A stretch of DNA of 64,000 bases from an uncultured Verrucomicrobiota bacterium (GCA_964541945.1 CAZISE010000018.1:5260-69259), one strand, 5' to 3'. Counted from the stretch's first letter, positions 45,963 through 56,518 are shown. Made by a program: numbers and translations. Notes: generated from the letters alone by a model not told the origin.

Positions 45963-47714
45963 CTATCGGGAGCGATTACTCAACAACACCTGTTCCCCAT
46001 CCGGGGTCATCGGACGATACACCTGCAACGGGAACCCCGGCGGTGGCGGCGGTTGACACAACCGCAACACAAACCGCTCCTCGCCCAGCCACTCTTCCAA
46101 TACGCTCTCTTGTTCCAGGGTTTTTTGTGTCAGATACACTCCCGCGATCACTCGTACATGGTCGTTGATCTCCATAAAATCTTTTTCGCGCTTCGGCATC
46201 CACAAGGTCGAACGATCCGCATACCAGGCCACCGCCCACGGAATATCACTGCCAAGCAACTCGTCTTCACGAAAAATCCTCCCCAACTCCATACCGACCC
46301 CAAGGTTGTATGGCGGATAGGGCACTGTTTTTCGCGGCGGGAGCACCGCCAGCACCGTCAGCACCAAATTCAGCGCCACAAACAACGCGATTGTGCCTTT
46401 ACGCAATAAGCGCGTTCGAAATTGGAGACGCTCAAACAACACCAGAAAGAATGCGGCTCCATAAATGGTGATCAAGGGGACCATGACCGTGAAAAAATTC
46501 TGCTGTGACTGTCCTGCCACACTCAACCATCCTCCATAGACCACCAGACTCCACAACAACCATCGCCGTAACCGCACGGCTTCATCCTCGCGCCACCGGT
46601 GCAACAGCGACGCAATGAAAAACACGATCAGATAATTGTTCCCCATCTCCTTGATGCTCCCCGCGTAAATTTGCCGCACATTTTCCAGAACCTTCAGTGC
46701 CAACGACCGCAATCGCCATGGGGACTCAACCCCATACAGTCGTTGCCGGTCTCCCTCTTTCACGCGATACCGCCCGTGCCCGATTTCTTCCAGTAAACCA
46801 TACGGCGCAAGCCCCTTCCAGTCCCGCGCCACCACTCGATTCCGCACAAACCACGGCGCCAACACCAGCACAAATATCAGCGCACACAACCCCAAGCGTC
46901 GCCAGCGACCGGTCTTGAAAACAACGACCACATAAATCAGCCAGGGAACCATCACCATCATCAATGCATACCGGGTCAGGGCGGCCCAAGCCAGCGCGAA
47001 TGAGCCGATCAATAACGCCGCGGTGACCCATCGCTCCGAACGTTCCGCCCGCTGCCACCGTTCCGCCTTCAACAGGCAGTATGCCGCCAATAACAACAAG
47101 GTCGCCACAAATCCGGTCGGCAACCCTGCCACGGCGTCCGCCAGCAACGCCTGACAGAACAGATACAGAAACGCGCTTAGTGCCGCCACCCGCCGGTCAA
47201 ACAGCTCCCGCGCCAGCAGGTAGGTGATCAACAGCCCTGTCAGAAAGAAAAACCACCCCGCCAACATCATCACCCGGTCAGCCCGTTGCATCGAAACACG
47301 CGCACCATCTTTTCCGCCATCCGCCAACCGAAACAGCGGCGACAATACCAGCGGATACCCCGGCGGCGTCCATAACTCCGGCAACATCATCCGTTGCGGA
47401 CTCAATGTGGGTTTGCCGATCGCGTTCAGGTAGTAGAGGTCCAACGGACGGATCAAGCGCGTCACATAACCACGTCCCAGCGCGAGGTTCCGCGCCAATT
47501 GTCCGTGGTTCATGGTCTCCGGATCTCGCAGCCCGTAAAACTGCGTTCCTGTGTAGACCAAAACCACACCCGCCACCAGCAGACAGAACATGCCGATGCG
47601 GAAAAACTGCACACCGGTCCCGATGTCCCACGCGAAAATCCAATCCTGAATCCGCTCATACAGCGGACGCTGGCGCTGTAATTGCCGTTTCTGACGCTCC
47701 AGGATGGATGCCAT
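45963..47714 (-). CDS. polytopic membrane protein, glycosyltransferase family 39/83 (ArnT/PMT-like) candidate
   Basis: More than 10 predicted TM helices with a large periplasmic C-terminal domain. No confident motif. Confidence 0.35.
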   Translation of the reverse strand: MASILERQKRQLQRQRPLYERIQDWIFAWDIGTGVQFFRIGMFCLLVAGVVLVYTGTQFYGLRDPETMNHGQLARNLALGRGYVTRLIRPLDLYYLNAIGKPTLSPQRMMLPELWTPPGYPLVLSPLFRLADGGKDGARVSMQRADRVMMLAGWFFFLTGLLITYLLARELFDRRVAALSAFLYLFCQALLADAVAGLPTGFVATLLLLAAYCLLKAERWQRAERSERWVTAALLIGSFALAWAALTRYALMMVMVPWLIYVVVVFKTGRWRRLGLCALIFVLVLAPWFVRNRVVARDWKGLAPYGLLEEIGHGRYRVKEGDRQRLYGVESPWRLRSLALKVLENVRQIYAGSIKEMGNNYLIVFFIASLLHRWREDEAVRLRRWLLWSLVVYGGWLSVAGQSQQNFFTVMVPLITIYGAAFFLVLFERLQFRTRLLRKGTIALFVALNLVLTVLAVLPPRKTVPYPPYNLGVGMELGRIFREDELLGSDIPWAVAWYADRSTLWMPKREKDFMEINDHVRVIAGVYLTQKTLEQESVLEEWLGEERFVLRLCQPPPPPGFPLQVYRPMTPDGEQVLLSNRSR

Positions 47715-47893
47715 ATACCAAAACGCACACTACCTGACCGGCCTTGCGCGTTCAAGTCCGACGGCGGGTGTGATCCGAAGATATAGTTCAGGCAGGACAA
47801 GCTTCCAGCTTGTCCCAATTCGTATTCTGGGCGAAGCGCCGACGACGCTTCCGTTAGTGAACAAACTGGATGCGTCTCCTACAAGGCAACACG

Positions 47894-49348
47894 CTACCCA
47901 CCACTTTGGATCACATCCTCCGACGGCTGGTTGCCGGGGTGACGTCGGGTGGCGGTATGCGTGGCACAGCCGTAAAACACCTCTGCGCACTCTTGCAATG
48001 TCTCCGACAAGGTCGGATGCGGATGCGTGGATTCGGCCAGATCGCGGGCCGTCGCGCCCATCTCGACGGCGAGTACCCCCTCGGCAATCAACTCGCCCGC
48101 GCCGTGTCCCGTGATGCCGACACCCAACACGCGTTCCGTTTCCGGTTCAATGACAAGCTTGGTAACACCATCCGGCCGATCAAACGTCAACGCGCGTCCC
48201 GACGCGCTCCACGGGAACTTCGCTATTTGCACATGGATGCCTTTCTGTTTCGCCTCGGTCTCCGTCAGGCCGCACCAGGCAATTTCGGGATCGGTGAACA
48301 CCACGGCCGGAATGACAACATCTTCCGACGTGCTCGGCTCGCCACAAATCGCGTCCACTGCCACGCGTGCCTCGCGGGAGGCCTTGTGCGCCAGCAACGC
48401 GCCGCCCACCACATCGCCGATGGCGTAGATCCGCGGGTCGGATGTCCGTTGTTGCGCATCCACTTCAATGTAGCCTTTCTCGTCGCGCGTCACCTGGGTC
48501 TGTTCCAGCCCCAGATCGGTCGTGTTCGGCGCGCGGCCCACCGACACGAGAACCCGATCGTACAATTCCTCACGCTGCTGACCGTCTGTTTCGGAAACCA
48601 CCCGGATTTGCCGTCCGGCGGTCGCCATCTTTAGCACTTTCGCGCGGACACGAACCTCCTTGAAAGCTTTTTGCGTGTATTTCAACACCGGCCGCGCCAG
48701 ATCGGCATCCGCACCGGCCAGGACCGATGGCAACGCTTCCATCACCGTCACGTGGCTTCCCAGCGTGGCGTACACCGTGCCCAATTCCATGCCGATGTAA
48801 CCGCCACCCACGATCAGCAGTTCCGCGGGAATCTCCTCCACCTCCAACGCTTCCGTCGAAGTCATAATCCGCGGATTGCCGAGATCAAACGCGCGGGGCA
48901 TCGCCGGACGCGACCCGACGGCCACAATGATCTGCTCATAACTCAAAAACTTCTGCCCGGCGCTCGTTTCCACCCGCAACGTCTTCGAGTCCTCAAAATG
49001 CCCGCGCCCGCGCATCACCTCCACCCCCCGTGCGCGCGCCAGCCCGGCAACACCGGTGGCGAGTTTGTCGAGAATGGAGTTTTTCCAGGCCCGAAGCTGG
49101 TTCAAATCCACCTGCGGTTCTCCAAATACAATTCCGCGGTGGGCCGATTCTCGCGCCTCGGTCATCAATTTCGCCGCGTGCAGATAGGCCTTCGAGGGAA
49201 TACAACCGCGATTCAAACAAACACCGCCAAGCCGCTCCTCCTGCTCCACAAGCACGACCTTCCGACCCTTGTCCGCCGCGTAAAACGCCGCTGTATAACC
49301 GCCCGGACCGCCCCCAAGCACCACCAGATCGGTTTTGATGAGTTCCAT
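47894..49348 (-). CDS. lpd: dihydrolipoyl dehydrogenase (E3)
   Basis: Start MELIKTDLVVLGGGPGGY (FAD-binding GxGxxG). Redox-active disulfide GGVCLNRGCIPSK. NAD-binding site IVGGGYIG. C-terminal HPHPTLSE interface motif. Confidence 0.9.
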   Translation of the reverse strand: MELIKTDLVVLGGGPGGYTAAFYAADKGRKVVLVEQEERLGGVCLNRGCIPSKAYLHAAKLMTEARESAHRGIVFGEPQVDLNQLRAWKNSILDKLATGVAGLARARGVEVMRGRGHFEDSKTLRVETSAGQKFLSYEQIIVAVGSRPAMPRAFDLGNPRIMTSTEALEVEEIPAELLIVGGGYIGMELGTVYATLGSHVTVMEALPSVLAGADADLARPVLKYTQKAFKEVRVRAKVLKMATAGRQIRVVSETDGQQREELYDRVLVSVGRAPNTTDLGLEQTQVTRDEKGYIEVDAQQRTSDPRIYAIGDVVGGALLAHKASREARVAVDAICGEPSTSEDVVIPAVVFTDPEIAWCGLTETEAKQKGIHVQIAKFPWSASGRALTFDRPDGVTKLVIEPETERVLGVGITGHGAGELIAEGVLAVEMGATARDLAESTHPHPTLSETLQECAEVFYGCATHTATRRHPGNQPSEDVIQSGG

Positions 49349-49349
49349 G

Positions 49350-50618
49350 TCAGATCCGCGCCTCCGCTTCGGGGAAATCCTCAAACGCCGCCACCAAATC
49401 CACGATGAACCGCGCCGCCCGACCACCGTCAATCACCCGATGATCGTAGGACAACGCCAACGGCAACATCAACCGCGCCACAATCTGGCCGTCCCGCACC
49501 ACCGGCTTCATCACGCCACGCGCCATGCCGAGAATGGCCACCTGCGGAAGATTCACAATCGGCGTAAACGCGCCGCCGCCAATGCCGCCCTGGTTGGAAA
49601 TGGTAAACGATCCTCCCTTCATCTCCTCGGCGCCCAACTTGCGCTCGCGCGCGCGCACCGCCAGCGCCTCCAACTCCTTCGACAACTCCAACAGACTTTT
49701 CCGATCCACATCCCGAATTACCGGCACCAACAACCCATGCTCGGTGTCCACCGCCACCCCAATGTGGACATACTCCTTCAACACCAACTCGCCCGCCGCC
49801 TCGTCCAGGCTCGCGTTGAAAACCGGATGCCGTCGCAACGTCGCTGCCACCGCCTTCAACGCAAACACGCTCAACGTCAGCCGCGCCCCCCTCGCCTCGT
49901 ACGCGGGCGCATATTTCCGGCGAAGCTCCTCAAGCGCCGTGATATCGGCCTCGTCAAACTGCGTCACACGCGGCACCGCGCTCCACGACTCACTCATCCG
50001 CCGCGCAATGGTCCGACGCAATGCCGACAACGGCTGGTGCACCACCGGCCCCCACCGGGCAAAGTCCACCGACTCCGTTGCCGACGGCGGTCGGGCGACG
50101 GCACTGGTCTGCGGCGCAGACGCCAACTGCTGGAGTTGCTGGATATATGCTCGCAAATCCGCCATACCGATCCGCCCACCCGCCTCGGTCCCGCGCACCC
50201 GACTCAAATCAATGCCCAACTCCCGCGCCACCCGACGCACTGTGGGCGAGGCTGCGACCGGTAATCCGGGGATAACGGGCGGACTGACAACCGCCGGTGG
50301 GGATGAAACGACTTGTTCTGGCGCAGCTTCCATCCGCCGCACCGGCGTTTCCGGCGCTGGCAAGGGAGGGGTAGCGGCGGCCTCCTTGGCGGCAACCAAT
50401 GTGAGGATGGGTTGTCCGACGACAATCTTGTCGCCGACCCTGATACGGATCTGTTGCACCGTGCCGGCAGCGGGCGACGGGATGGTGCCGACGGCTTTTT
50501 CGGTTTCAAGTTCGAGGAGGGGCTGGTCTTTCTGTATGACATCGCCTTCTTTGACCAGAACGCTCACCACCACGCCGCCATCGGCGCCTTCACCGAGACT
50601 GGGGAGTCGAATATCCAT
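49350..50618 (-). CDS. dihydrolipoamide acyltransferase E2 component (lipoyl domain + catalytic domain)
   Basis: Start MDIRLPSLGEG with lipoyl-lysine context LELETEKAV. Catalytic LSYDHRVIDGG near the C-terminus. Stop lies 1 nt from the lpd start. Confidence 0.9.
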   Translation of the reverse strand: MDIRLPSLGEGADGGVVVSVLVKEGDVIQKDQPLLELETEKAVGTIPSPAAGTVQQIRIRVGDKIVVGQPILTLVAAKEAAATPPLPAPETPVRRMEAAPEQVVSSPPAVVSPPVIPGLPVAASPTVRRVARELGIDLSRVRGTEAGGRIGMADLRAYIQQLQQLASAPQTSAVARPPSATESVDFARWGPVVHQPLSALRRTIARRMSESWSAVPRVTQFDEADITALEELRRKYAPAYEARGARLTLSVFALKAVAATLRRHPVFNASLDEAAGELVLKEYVHIGVAVDTEHGLLVPVIRDVDRKSLLELSKELEALAVRARERKLGAEEMKGGSFTISNQGGIGGGAFTPIVNLPQVAILGMARGVMKPVVRDGQIVARLMLPLALSYDHRVIDGGRAARFIVDLVAAFEDFPEAEARI

Positions 50619-50767
50619 ACAGGTGGATAATTTGCTCCGGTTCGGCGGAAACACAAGCGGTGTTTTATCGTTGTCCCGTTTTTGTGTTCTTGGCATGTGC
50701 AGCAGGGTGACTGTTCGATAGGAACCACAAAGCGAGAGTCACAGAGCGCTGTAAAGCGGTTACAGGA

Positions 50768-50920
50768 CGCTACAGAATAGCCGATTCCGCTCAAAAACCT
50801 CGGCGATGAAGCTAATTGAAACGACTCGTGCAGGGGAGGCCAAAGCAGGGTGTCTACCCTGTAGGTTTTAGCGGAATCAACCGCACACACTCCAGAATGG
50901 CGCAAAGCGCTACAGAGTAG
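50768..50920. promoter_or_regulatory. two copies of the imperfect palindrome GCTACAGA(A/G)TAGC (50768-50780 and 50908-50920), 140 bp apart, in the 340-bp lower-GC region upstream of the E2-lpd genes
   Basis: Seen directly. Candidate paired operator sites or structured-RNA elements. No protein-coding potential in this gap. Confidence 0.3.
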
Positions 50921-50960
50921 CGACAAGAACCGACGGGGAATACCAGAACGGCGACAAGGG

Positions 50961-52475
50961 TCAGGCCTCGAAAAGCAATTTGCTGGCAAACTGCGGTTCG
51001 GTGGTCAGATGGACGCCAAGCCGGCGCAAGCCCGCTTCGTCGCCCGGCGTCGGGATGTGGGTCAGGTGGACCTCACAACCTTCGAGTTCCTGGAGTTTAC
51101 CCATGGCCATTTGCGCGGCGGGGTTGGTGGCGGCGCTGATGCTGAGGGCAATGAGTGTTTCGTCGAGGTCGAGGCTGACGGTGCGGGCATTGAGAACCTG
51201 TTTTTTGAGGTTGGCAATGGATTCGATGATGGCAGGGGGTAGCAACGGCATTTTGTGTGGGATTTCGGCAAGGGTTTTGGTGGCGTTGAGGATGAGGCTG
51301 GAGGCGGCATGCATGAGGGGAGAGTTGGCGCCGGTGACGATGGTACTGTCGCGCAGTTCGATGGCTGCGCCGCAATAGACCCCTTCGTTACCCTTACCTT
51401 CGGCCTGAGCCTGGCGGGCCGCTTCGTGGGCGGGGCCAACCGTGGAACGGTCTTCGGGTTTGACACCGAGTTGTTCGAGTAATACGGCAACGCGGTCCAC
51501 GGGTTCGCGGTCGGTGAAGCCGACGGCGTATTCGTATTGGCAGCGGAAATAGCGGCGGATGACCTCCTGTTTGGCGGCGTCGCGCACGGCCTCGTCGTCC
51601 ACAATGCCGAAGCCGGCCTTGTTGACGCCCATGTCGGTCGGCGAGTTATAGGGTGATTTGGCGCCGGTAATGCGTTCGAGGAGGCGTTTGAGGATGGGAA
51701 ACAGTTCAACGTCGCGGTTGTAGTTGATGGCGGTTTGGCCGTAGGCATCCAGGTGGTGCGGGTCAATGAGGTTGAAATCTTTCAGGTCGGCCGTGGCGGC
51801 TTCGTAGGCGATGTTGACCGGGTGTTTGAGAGGGAGATTCCAGATGGGGAATGTCTCGAATTTGGCGTAGCCGGAGGCGATACCGCGTTTATGGTCGTGG
51901 TAAAGTTGGGAAAGGCAGGTGGAGAGTTTGCCGCTGCCGGGGCCGGGGGCGGTGACGACAACGATGGGTTTGGTGGTGGGGATGTAGTCGTTGCGACCAT
52001 ATCCTTCGTCGCTGGCGATCAGGTCCACGTTGGTCGGGTAGCCGGCGATGGGGTAGTGGAGATAGACGGGCATGCCGCGGCGCTCGAGTTTGTTTTTGAA
52101 GATGCGGGCGGCGGATTGGTTTTGAAAGCGGGTGATAACTACGCCGGCAACGTGGATACCCCATTCGCGCAGGTCATCAATGAGTTTGAGAGCGTCCACG
52201 TCGTAGGTGATACCGAAGTCGGCGCGAACTTTTTTGCGCTCGATGTCGCCGGCGTGAATGCAGACAATAATGTCGGCGCGGTCCTTGAGCTGTTGGAGCA
52301 GGCGCATTTTGACGTTGGGGTCGAACCCCGGCAACACACGGGCAGCGTGCATGTCGAAGACGATTTTGCCGCCAAATTCGAGATAGAGTTTATTGGAAAA
52401 CTGTCGGGCGCGCTCCAGGATGGCGGCGGTTTGTTCGCGCAGGTATTTTTCGTTGTCGAAACCGATTCGTTTCAT
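50961..52475 (-). CDS. DUF1846 (UPF0371) family protein
   Basis: GGAGAGG RBS precedes ATG 52475 (MKRIGFDNEKYLREQ). About 504 aa, the typical UPF0371 length. The long Arg-rich N-terminal ORF extension was rejected. Confidence 0.65.
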   Translation of the reverse strand: MKRIGFDNEKYLREQTAAILERARQFSNKLYLEFGGKIVFDMHAARVLPGFDPNVKMRLLQQLKDRADIIVCIHAGDIERKKVRADFGITYDVDALKLIDDLREWGIHVAGVVITRFQNQSAARIFKNKLERRGMPVYLHYPIAGYPTNVDLIASDEGYGRNDYIPTTKPIVVVTAPGPGSGKLSTCLSQLYHDHKRGIASGYAKFETFPIWNLPLKHPVNIAYEAATADLKDFNLIDPHHLDAYGQTAINYNRDVELFPILKRLLERITGAKSPYNSPTDMGVNKAGFGIVDDEAVRDAAKQEVIRRYFRCQYEYAVGFTDREPVDRVAVLLEQLGVKPEDRSTVGPAHEAARQAQAEGKGNEGVYCGAAIELRDSTIVTGANSPLMHAASSLILNATKTLAEIPHKMPLLPPAIIESIANLKKQVLNARTVSLDLDETLIALSISAATNPAAQMAMGKLQELEGCEVHLTHIPTPGDEAGLRRLGVHLTTEPQFASKLLFEA

Positions 52476-52537
52476 GGCTGACCTCTCCGTTTGGGAGCGC
52501 AGCCTAGACAGCGGCTCGTCGGAAATCAAGACCGGCG

Positions 52538-55015
52538 TCAGACCACCTGGGGAAACGGTTTTTCGGGATCCACGCCGAGATCGCCGATTGCCTGTGCCGC
52601 CCGTTTTTTGTCGAGCGCGCCGAGCGTGGCAATGACGATGCACTCGGCGTCCACCTCGAAAAAGCGGCGGAGCGCCGGGCGGGTGTCGCTGCGGCCAAAT
52701 CCGTCGGTGCCGAGTGTGGTGAGGCCGCCGGGAATCCACGGGGCGATTTGGTCGGGAACCATTTTGATGTTGTCGCTGACGGCGATGAACGGGCCGGTCT
52801 GGTTTTCGAGGATGGTTTCGAGATAGGAGCGGCGGGGCGGTTCGGTGGGGTGGAGCATGTTCCAACGGCGGCAGGCGAGAGCGTCGGCGCGGAGGTGTTT
52901 GTAGTTGGTGACGCTCCAGACATCGGCGCTGACGTCGTAGCGGTCGGCAAGGATTTGTTGGGCGCGCAATGCCTCGCGCAGGATCGGGCCACTGCCGAAA
53001 ATCTGTGCCTTGTATTTTCCGCCGTCGGGGCCGGAGCGGAATTTATAGAGGCCCTTGAGGATGCCTTCCTCGACGCCGTCCGGCATGGCGGGCATGGGAT
53101 AATTTTCGTTGTGGAGGGCAAGATAGTAGAAGATGTCCTCGCCCTGCTCGTACATGCGCCGCATACCGTCTTGAAGGATAACGGCGATTTCATAACCGAA
53201 CGCCGGTTCGTAGGCGAGCAAGGTCGGGATGGTGCTGGCCAGCAGGAGGCTGTGGCCGTCCTGGTGTTGGAGTCCCTCGCCATTGAGTGTGGTGCGTCCG
53301 GCCGTGGCGCCGCAGAGGAAACCGCGCGCTCGAATGTCTCCAGCCAGCCAGAAGAGGTCGCCGACGCGTTGGGGGCCAAACATGGAGTAGTAGATGTAAA
53401 ACGGGATCATCGGCACGCCGTGACTGGAGTAGGCGGTAGCGGCGGCAATCCAGGAGCTCATCGCGCCCGCTTCGGTAATGCCTTCTTCGAGGATCTGGCC
53501 GTCCCTGGTTTCGCGGTAGTACAACAGCGAGGCCCGGTCCACCGGCTCGTAGAGCTGGCCTTTGCAGGCGTAGATGCCGTAGTCGCGGAACAACGCGTCC
53601 ATGCCAAAGGTGCGCGCCTCGTCGGGGATGATCGGTACGATGCGTTTGCCGACCTGCGGGTCACGAAGCAACTGGCTGAGCAGGCGCACAAACGCCATGG
53701 TGGTGGACATTTCGAGATGACCGCTGCCCTTGAGGGTTTCGGTGAATTGTTCCCGTTTCGGGATTGCCAGCGGCGGGGCATTGGGGCGGCGCGAGGGGAG
53801 GAATCCGCCGAGCGCCTGGCGGCGGGCGAGCAGGTATTTGGTTTCGGGGCTGTCCGGGGGCGGGCGATAGAACGGGGTTTCGGCGATGACCTCGTCGCTG
53901 ATCGGGATACCGAAACGGGCGCGAAATTCGCGGAGTTCCTTTTCGTTGAGTTTCTTTTGTTGGTGGGTGATGTTGCGGCCTTCGCCGGCTTCGCCGAGGC
54001 CGTAACCCTTGACGGTTTTGGCGAGGATGACGGTGGGTTGCCCCTTGTGTTCGACGGCGGCTTTATAGGCGGCATAAACTTTTTTTGGGTCGTGGCCGCC
54101 GCGGCCGAGGCGACGAATCTGGTCGTCGGTGAGATGATTGACCATGTCGTAGAGTTCGGGGTATTTGCCGAAGAAATGGCGGCGGGTGTAGCTGCCCGGT
54201 TCGACGACGTATTTCTGGTAGTCACCGTCCACGGCTTCTTCCATGCGTTTGACCAGCAGGCCGTGTTTGTCGGCAGCCAGCAGCGGGTCCCATTCGCTGC
54301 CCCAGATGACTTTGAGGACGTTCCAACCGGCGCCACGGAAGGCGGCTTCGAGTTCCTGGATGATTTTGCCGTTGCCGCGCACCGGGCCATCGAGCCGCTG
54401 GAGGTTGCAGTTGACGATCCAGGTGAGGTTGTCGAGTTCCTCGCGCGAGGCCAGCGTGATGGCGCCGAGCGTTTCCGGTTCGTCAATCTCACCGTCGCCC
54501 ACAAACGCCCAGACCCGAGGTTCATCGCTGGCAAGGAAACCGCGCGCTTTGAGATAGCGATTGAATCGCGCCTGATAGATCGAAAGGATCGGGCCAAGCC
54601 CCATCGAGACGGTCGGGAACTGCCAGAATTCCGGCATCAGGTACGGATGAGGGTACGACGAGAGACCGCCGCCCTCGGCGAGTTCGCGGCGAAATTGGTA
54701 AAGATGACGTTCACTGAGACGGCCTTCGAGAAAGGCGCGCGCGTAGATACCCGGCGCGGTGTGGCCCTGGATGAAAACCATGTCATGAGCGCGAAAGAAA
54801 TGGTTGAACCCGACTTCGTAGAGCGTGGCGCTGGAGGCGTAACTGGAGATATGGCCGCCGATGCCGTGGTGATCGCGATTGGCGTTGACGACCATCGCCA
54901 TCGCGTTCCAGCGGATGTAGCTTTTGATGTGCCGCTCCAGGTCACGGTCGCCCGGATACGGCGGTTCGCGGTCGGCGGGGATTGTGTTGACGTAGGGGGT
55001 GTTCAGCGAGTTCAT
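52538..55015 (-). CDS. aceE: pyruvate dehydrogenase E1 component, homodimeric type
   Basis: About 825 aa. Typical AceE N-terminus (DREPPYPGD, ERHIKSYIRWNAMAMV) and ThDP-binding GDGEIDEPE motif. Confidence 0.9.
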   Translation of the reverse strand: MNSLNTPYVNTIPADREPPYPGDRDLERHIKSYIRWNAMAMVVNANRDHHGIGGHISSYASSATLYEVGFNHFFRAHDMVFIQGHTAPGIYARAFLEGRLSERHLYQFRRELAEGGGLSSYPHPYLMPEFWQFPTVSMGLGPILSIYQARFNRYLKARGFLASDEPRVWAFVGDGEIDEPETLGAITLASREELDNLTWIVNCNLQRLDGPVRGNGKIIQELEAAFRGAGWNVLKVIWGSEWDPLLAADKHGLLVKRMEEAVDGDYQKYVVEPGSYTRRHFFGKYPELYDMVNHLTDDQIRRLGRGGHDPKKVYAAYKAAVEHKGQPTVILAKTVKGYGLGEAGEGRNITHQQKKLNEKELREFRARFGIPISDEVIAETPFYRPPPDSPETKYLLARRQALGGFLPSRRPNAPPLAIPKREQFTETLKGSGHLEMSTTMAFVRLLSQLLRDPQVGKRIVPIIPDEARTFGMDALFRDYGIYACKGQLYEPVDRASLLYYRETRDGQILEEGITEAGAMSSWIAAATAYSSHGVPMIPFYIYYSMFGPQRVGDLFWLAGDIRARGFLCGATAGRTTLNGEGLQHQDGHSLLLASTIPTLLAYEPAFGYEIAVILQDGMRRMYEQGEDIFYYLALHNENYPMPAMPDGVEEGILKGLYKFRSGPDGGKYKAQIFGSGPILREALRAQQILADRYDVSADVWSVTNYKHLRADALACRRWNMLHPTEPPRRSYLETILENQTGPFIAVSDNIKMVPDQIAPWIPGGLTTLGTDGFGRSDTRPALRRFFEVDAECIVIATLGALDKKRAAQAIGDLGVDPEKPFPQVV

Positions 55016-55078
55016 GGGCTTTGAGCGCAAGTTATCCAAATCTGGCCAAATTACAAATGCCGGTTATACTGACACTGT

Positions 55079-55798
55079 GTGAAATACCTCGACCTGACAT
55101 TGCCAACCCCCGAGGAAAACCTCGCCTGCGACGAGGTGTTGTTGGACCTGTGCGAGACGGGTGTTGAGACCGAGGTGCTTCGTTTCTGGGAATCGTCCCA
55201 CCCCTTCGTCGTGCTCGGTTATTCCAACAAAACCGCCACCGAGGTTCATCTCGACGACGCCAAACGAGCCGGCCTGCCCATCCGTCGCCGATGCACGGGC
55301 GGCGGTTCCGTCGTGCAGGGACCGGGCTGCCTGAACTTCTCGCTTATCCTTCGCATTCCCGACACCGGCCCGCTGACGGGTGTCACGGAAACCAACCATT
55401 TCATCCTCCAACGCCACCGCGACACACTGCTTCCCATCCTCGGCAACACGCTCGCTGTCCGCGGCATCAGCGATCTCACGCTCGGCGACCTCAAAATCTC
55501 CGGCAATGCTCAGCGCCGAAAAAAACATTGTCTGCTGTTTCACGGCACGTTTCTGTTGAACTTCGACATCGAACTGGTCGAACGAATCCTCCCGATGCCG
55601 TCGCGCGAGCCGGACTATCGCCGACACCGACGCCACCGCGAGTTTCTAACCAACGCGGAGCTGCCCCGCCTCGCCCTCAAAAACGCCTTGAAACAGGCCT
55701 GGCACGCCGCCGAGCCATTGTATGTGCTGCCGTTCGCCGACATCCGACGGCTCGCCTGCGAACGATACGCTTCCCACGAGTGGACCTTCAAATTCTGA
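55079..55798 (+). CDS. lipoate-protein ligase / octanoyltransferase family protein (BPL_LplA_LipB domain)
   Basis: GTG start. RRCTGGGSVVQGPGCLNFSLIL and a conserved Lys in KISGNAQRR. Divergently arranged from aceE. Confidence 0.7.
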   Translation: MKYLDLTLPTPEENLACDEVLLDLCETGVETEVLRFWESSHPFVVLGYSNKTATEVHLDDAKRAGLPIRRRCTGGGSVVQGPGCLNFSLILRIPDTGPLTGVTETNHFILQRHRDTLLPILGNTLAVRGISDLTLGDLKISGNAQRRKKHCLLFHGTFLLNFDIELVERILPMPSREPDYRRHRRHREFLTNAELPRLALKNALKQAWHAAEPLYVLPFADIRRLACERYASHEWTFKF

Positions 55799-55804
55799 CG
55801 CAGT

Positions 55805-56518
55805 ATGAAAACGTTTTTCCTCATCGCTCCCGACAACACACTGCACGAGTTGGCGCCCGACCGGACCCTGATGATCGGTCGTGCCGGCATCAATCACATC
55901 ATTCTCAATGACGGCGCCGTTTCCCGCGTCCACGCCCACGTCACCGTTTCGGCAGACGGCCCGCTGTTGACCGACCGCGACAGCGCCAACGGCACTCTCG
56001 TCAGCGGTCGCGCCGTTAAAGAGACCGTTCTCAAGCATGGCGACACCATTCAGATCGGCAAATTCATCCTTTACGTGTTTCACGGTGAACGCCAGGAGGC
56101 TCAGGCCTGGCTCCAAAACCGCCTCAACAAAGCCAAAAGCGATCAGACCATCACCGACCTCAACCTGAACCGACTCAACCCCGCCGATCTCGTCGGCGAC
56201 CTGACAACCCTCAGCCTCATCAACCTCCTGCAGACCCTCGTCAGCCAAACCCAAAGCGGCGCTCTCGATCTGAACCGCCAAGCCCAACCCATTGGCCGAG
56301 TCTTTTTCACCAATGGACGAATCGTCCACGCCGAAACCACCACCGGCCTCAAAGGCAAAGAGGCATTTTACGAACTGGTCAGCGCCGCCGACGGCCAGTT
56401 CATCTTCCGTGCCGGAATACACGCGCCCGCTTTCAGCATCCTGGAGCCACCGTCGGCTCTCATCCTCGAAGCCTGCCGCCGTCTCGACGAAAAACAAGCC
56501 GGTTCTCCTCCGTCATGA
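55805..56518 (+). CDS. FHA-domain protein with C-terminal DUF4388-like domain
   Basis: FHA core: TLMIGRAGINHIILNDGAVSRVHAHV...GSANGTLVSGRAV. C-terminal LSLINLLQTL...GRVFFTNGRIVHAE matches DUF4388. Confidence 0.6.
   Translation: MKTFFLIAPDNTLHELAPDRTLMIGRAGINHIILNDGAVSRVHAHVTVSADGPLLTDRDSANGTLVSGRAVKETVLKHGDTIQIGKFILYVFHGERQEAQAWLQNRLNKAKSDQTITDLNLNRLNPADLVGDLTTLSLINLLQTLVSQTQSGALDLNRQAQPIGRVFFTNGRIVHAETTTGLKGKEAFYELVSAADGQFIFRAGIHAPAFSILEPPSALILEACRRLDEKQAGSPPS

Noticed and set aside
52748-55024. 758-aa plus-strand ORF
   Set aside because: Exactly antisense to aceE, which has unmistakable E1 motifs. The translation is Gly/Ala/Val-rich with no domain signatures.
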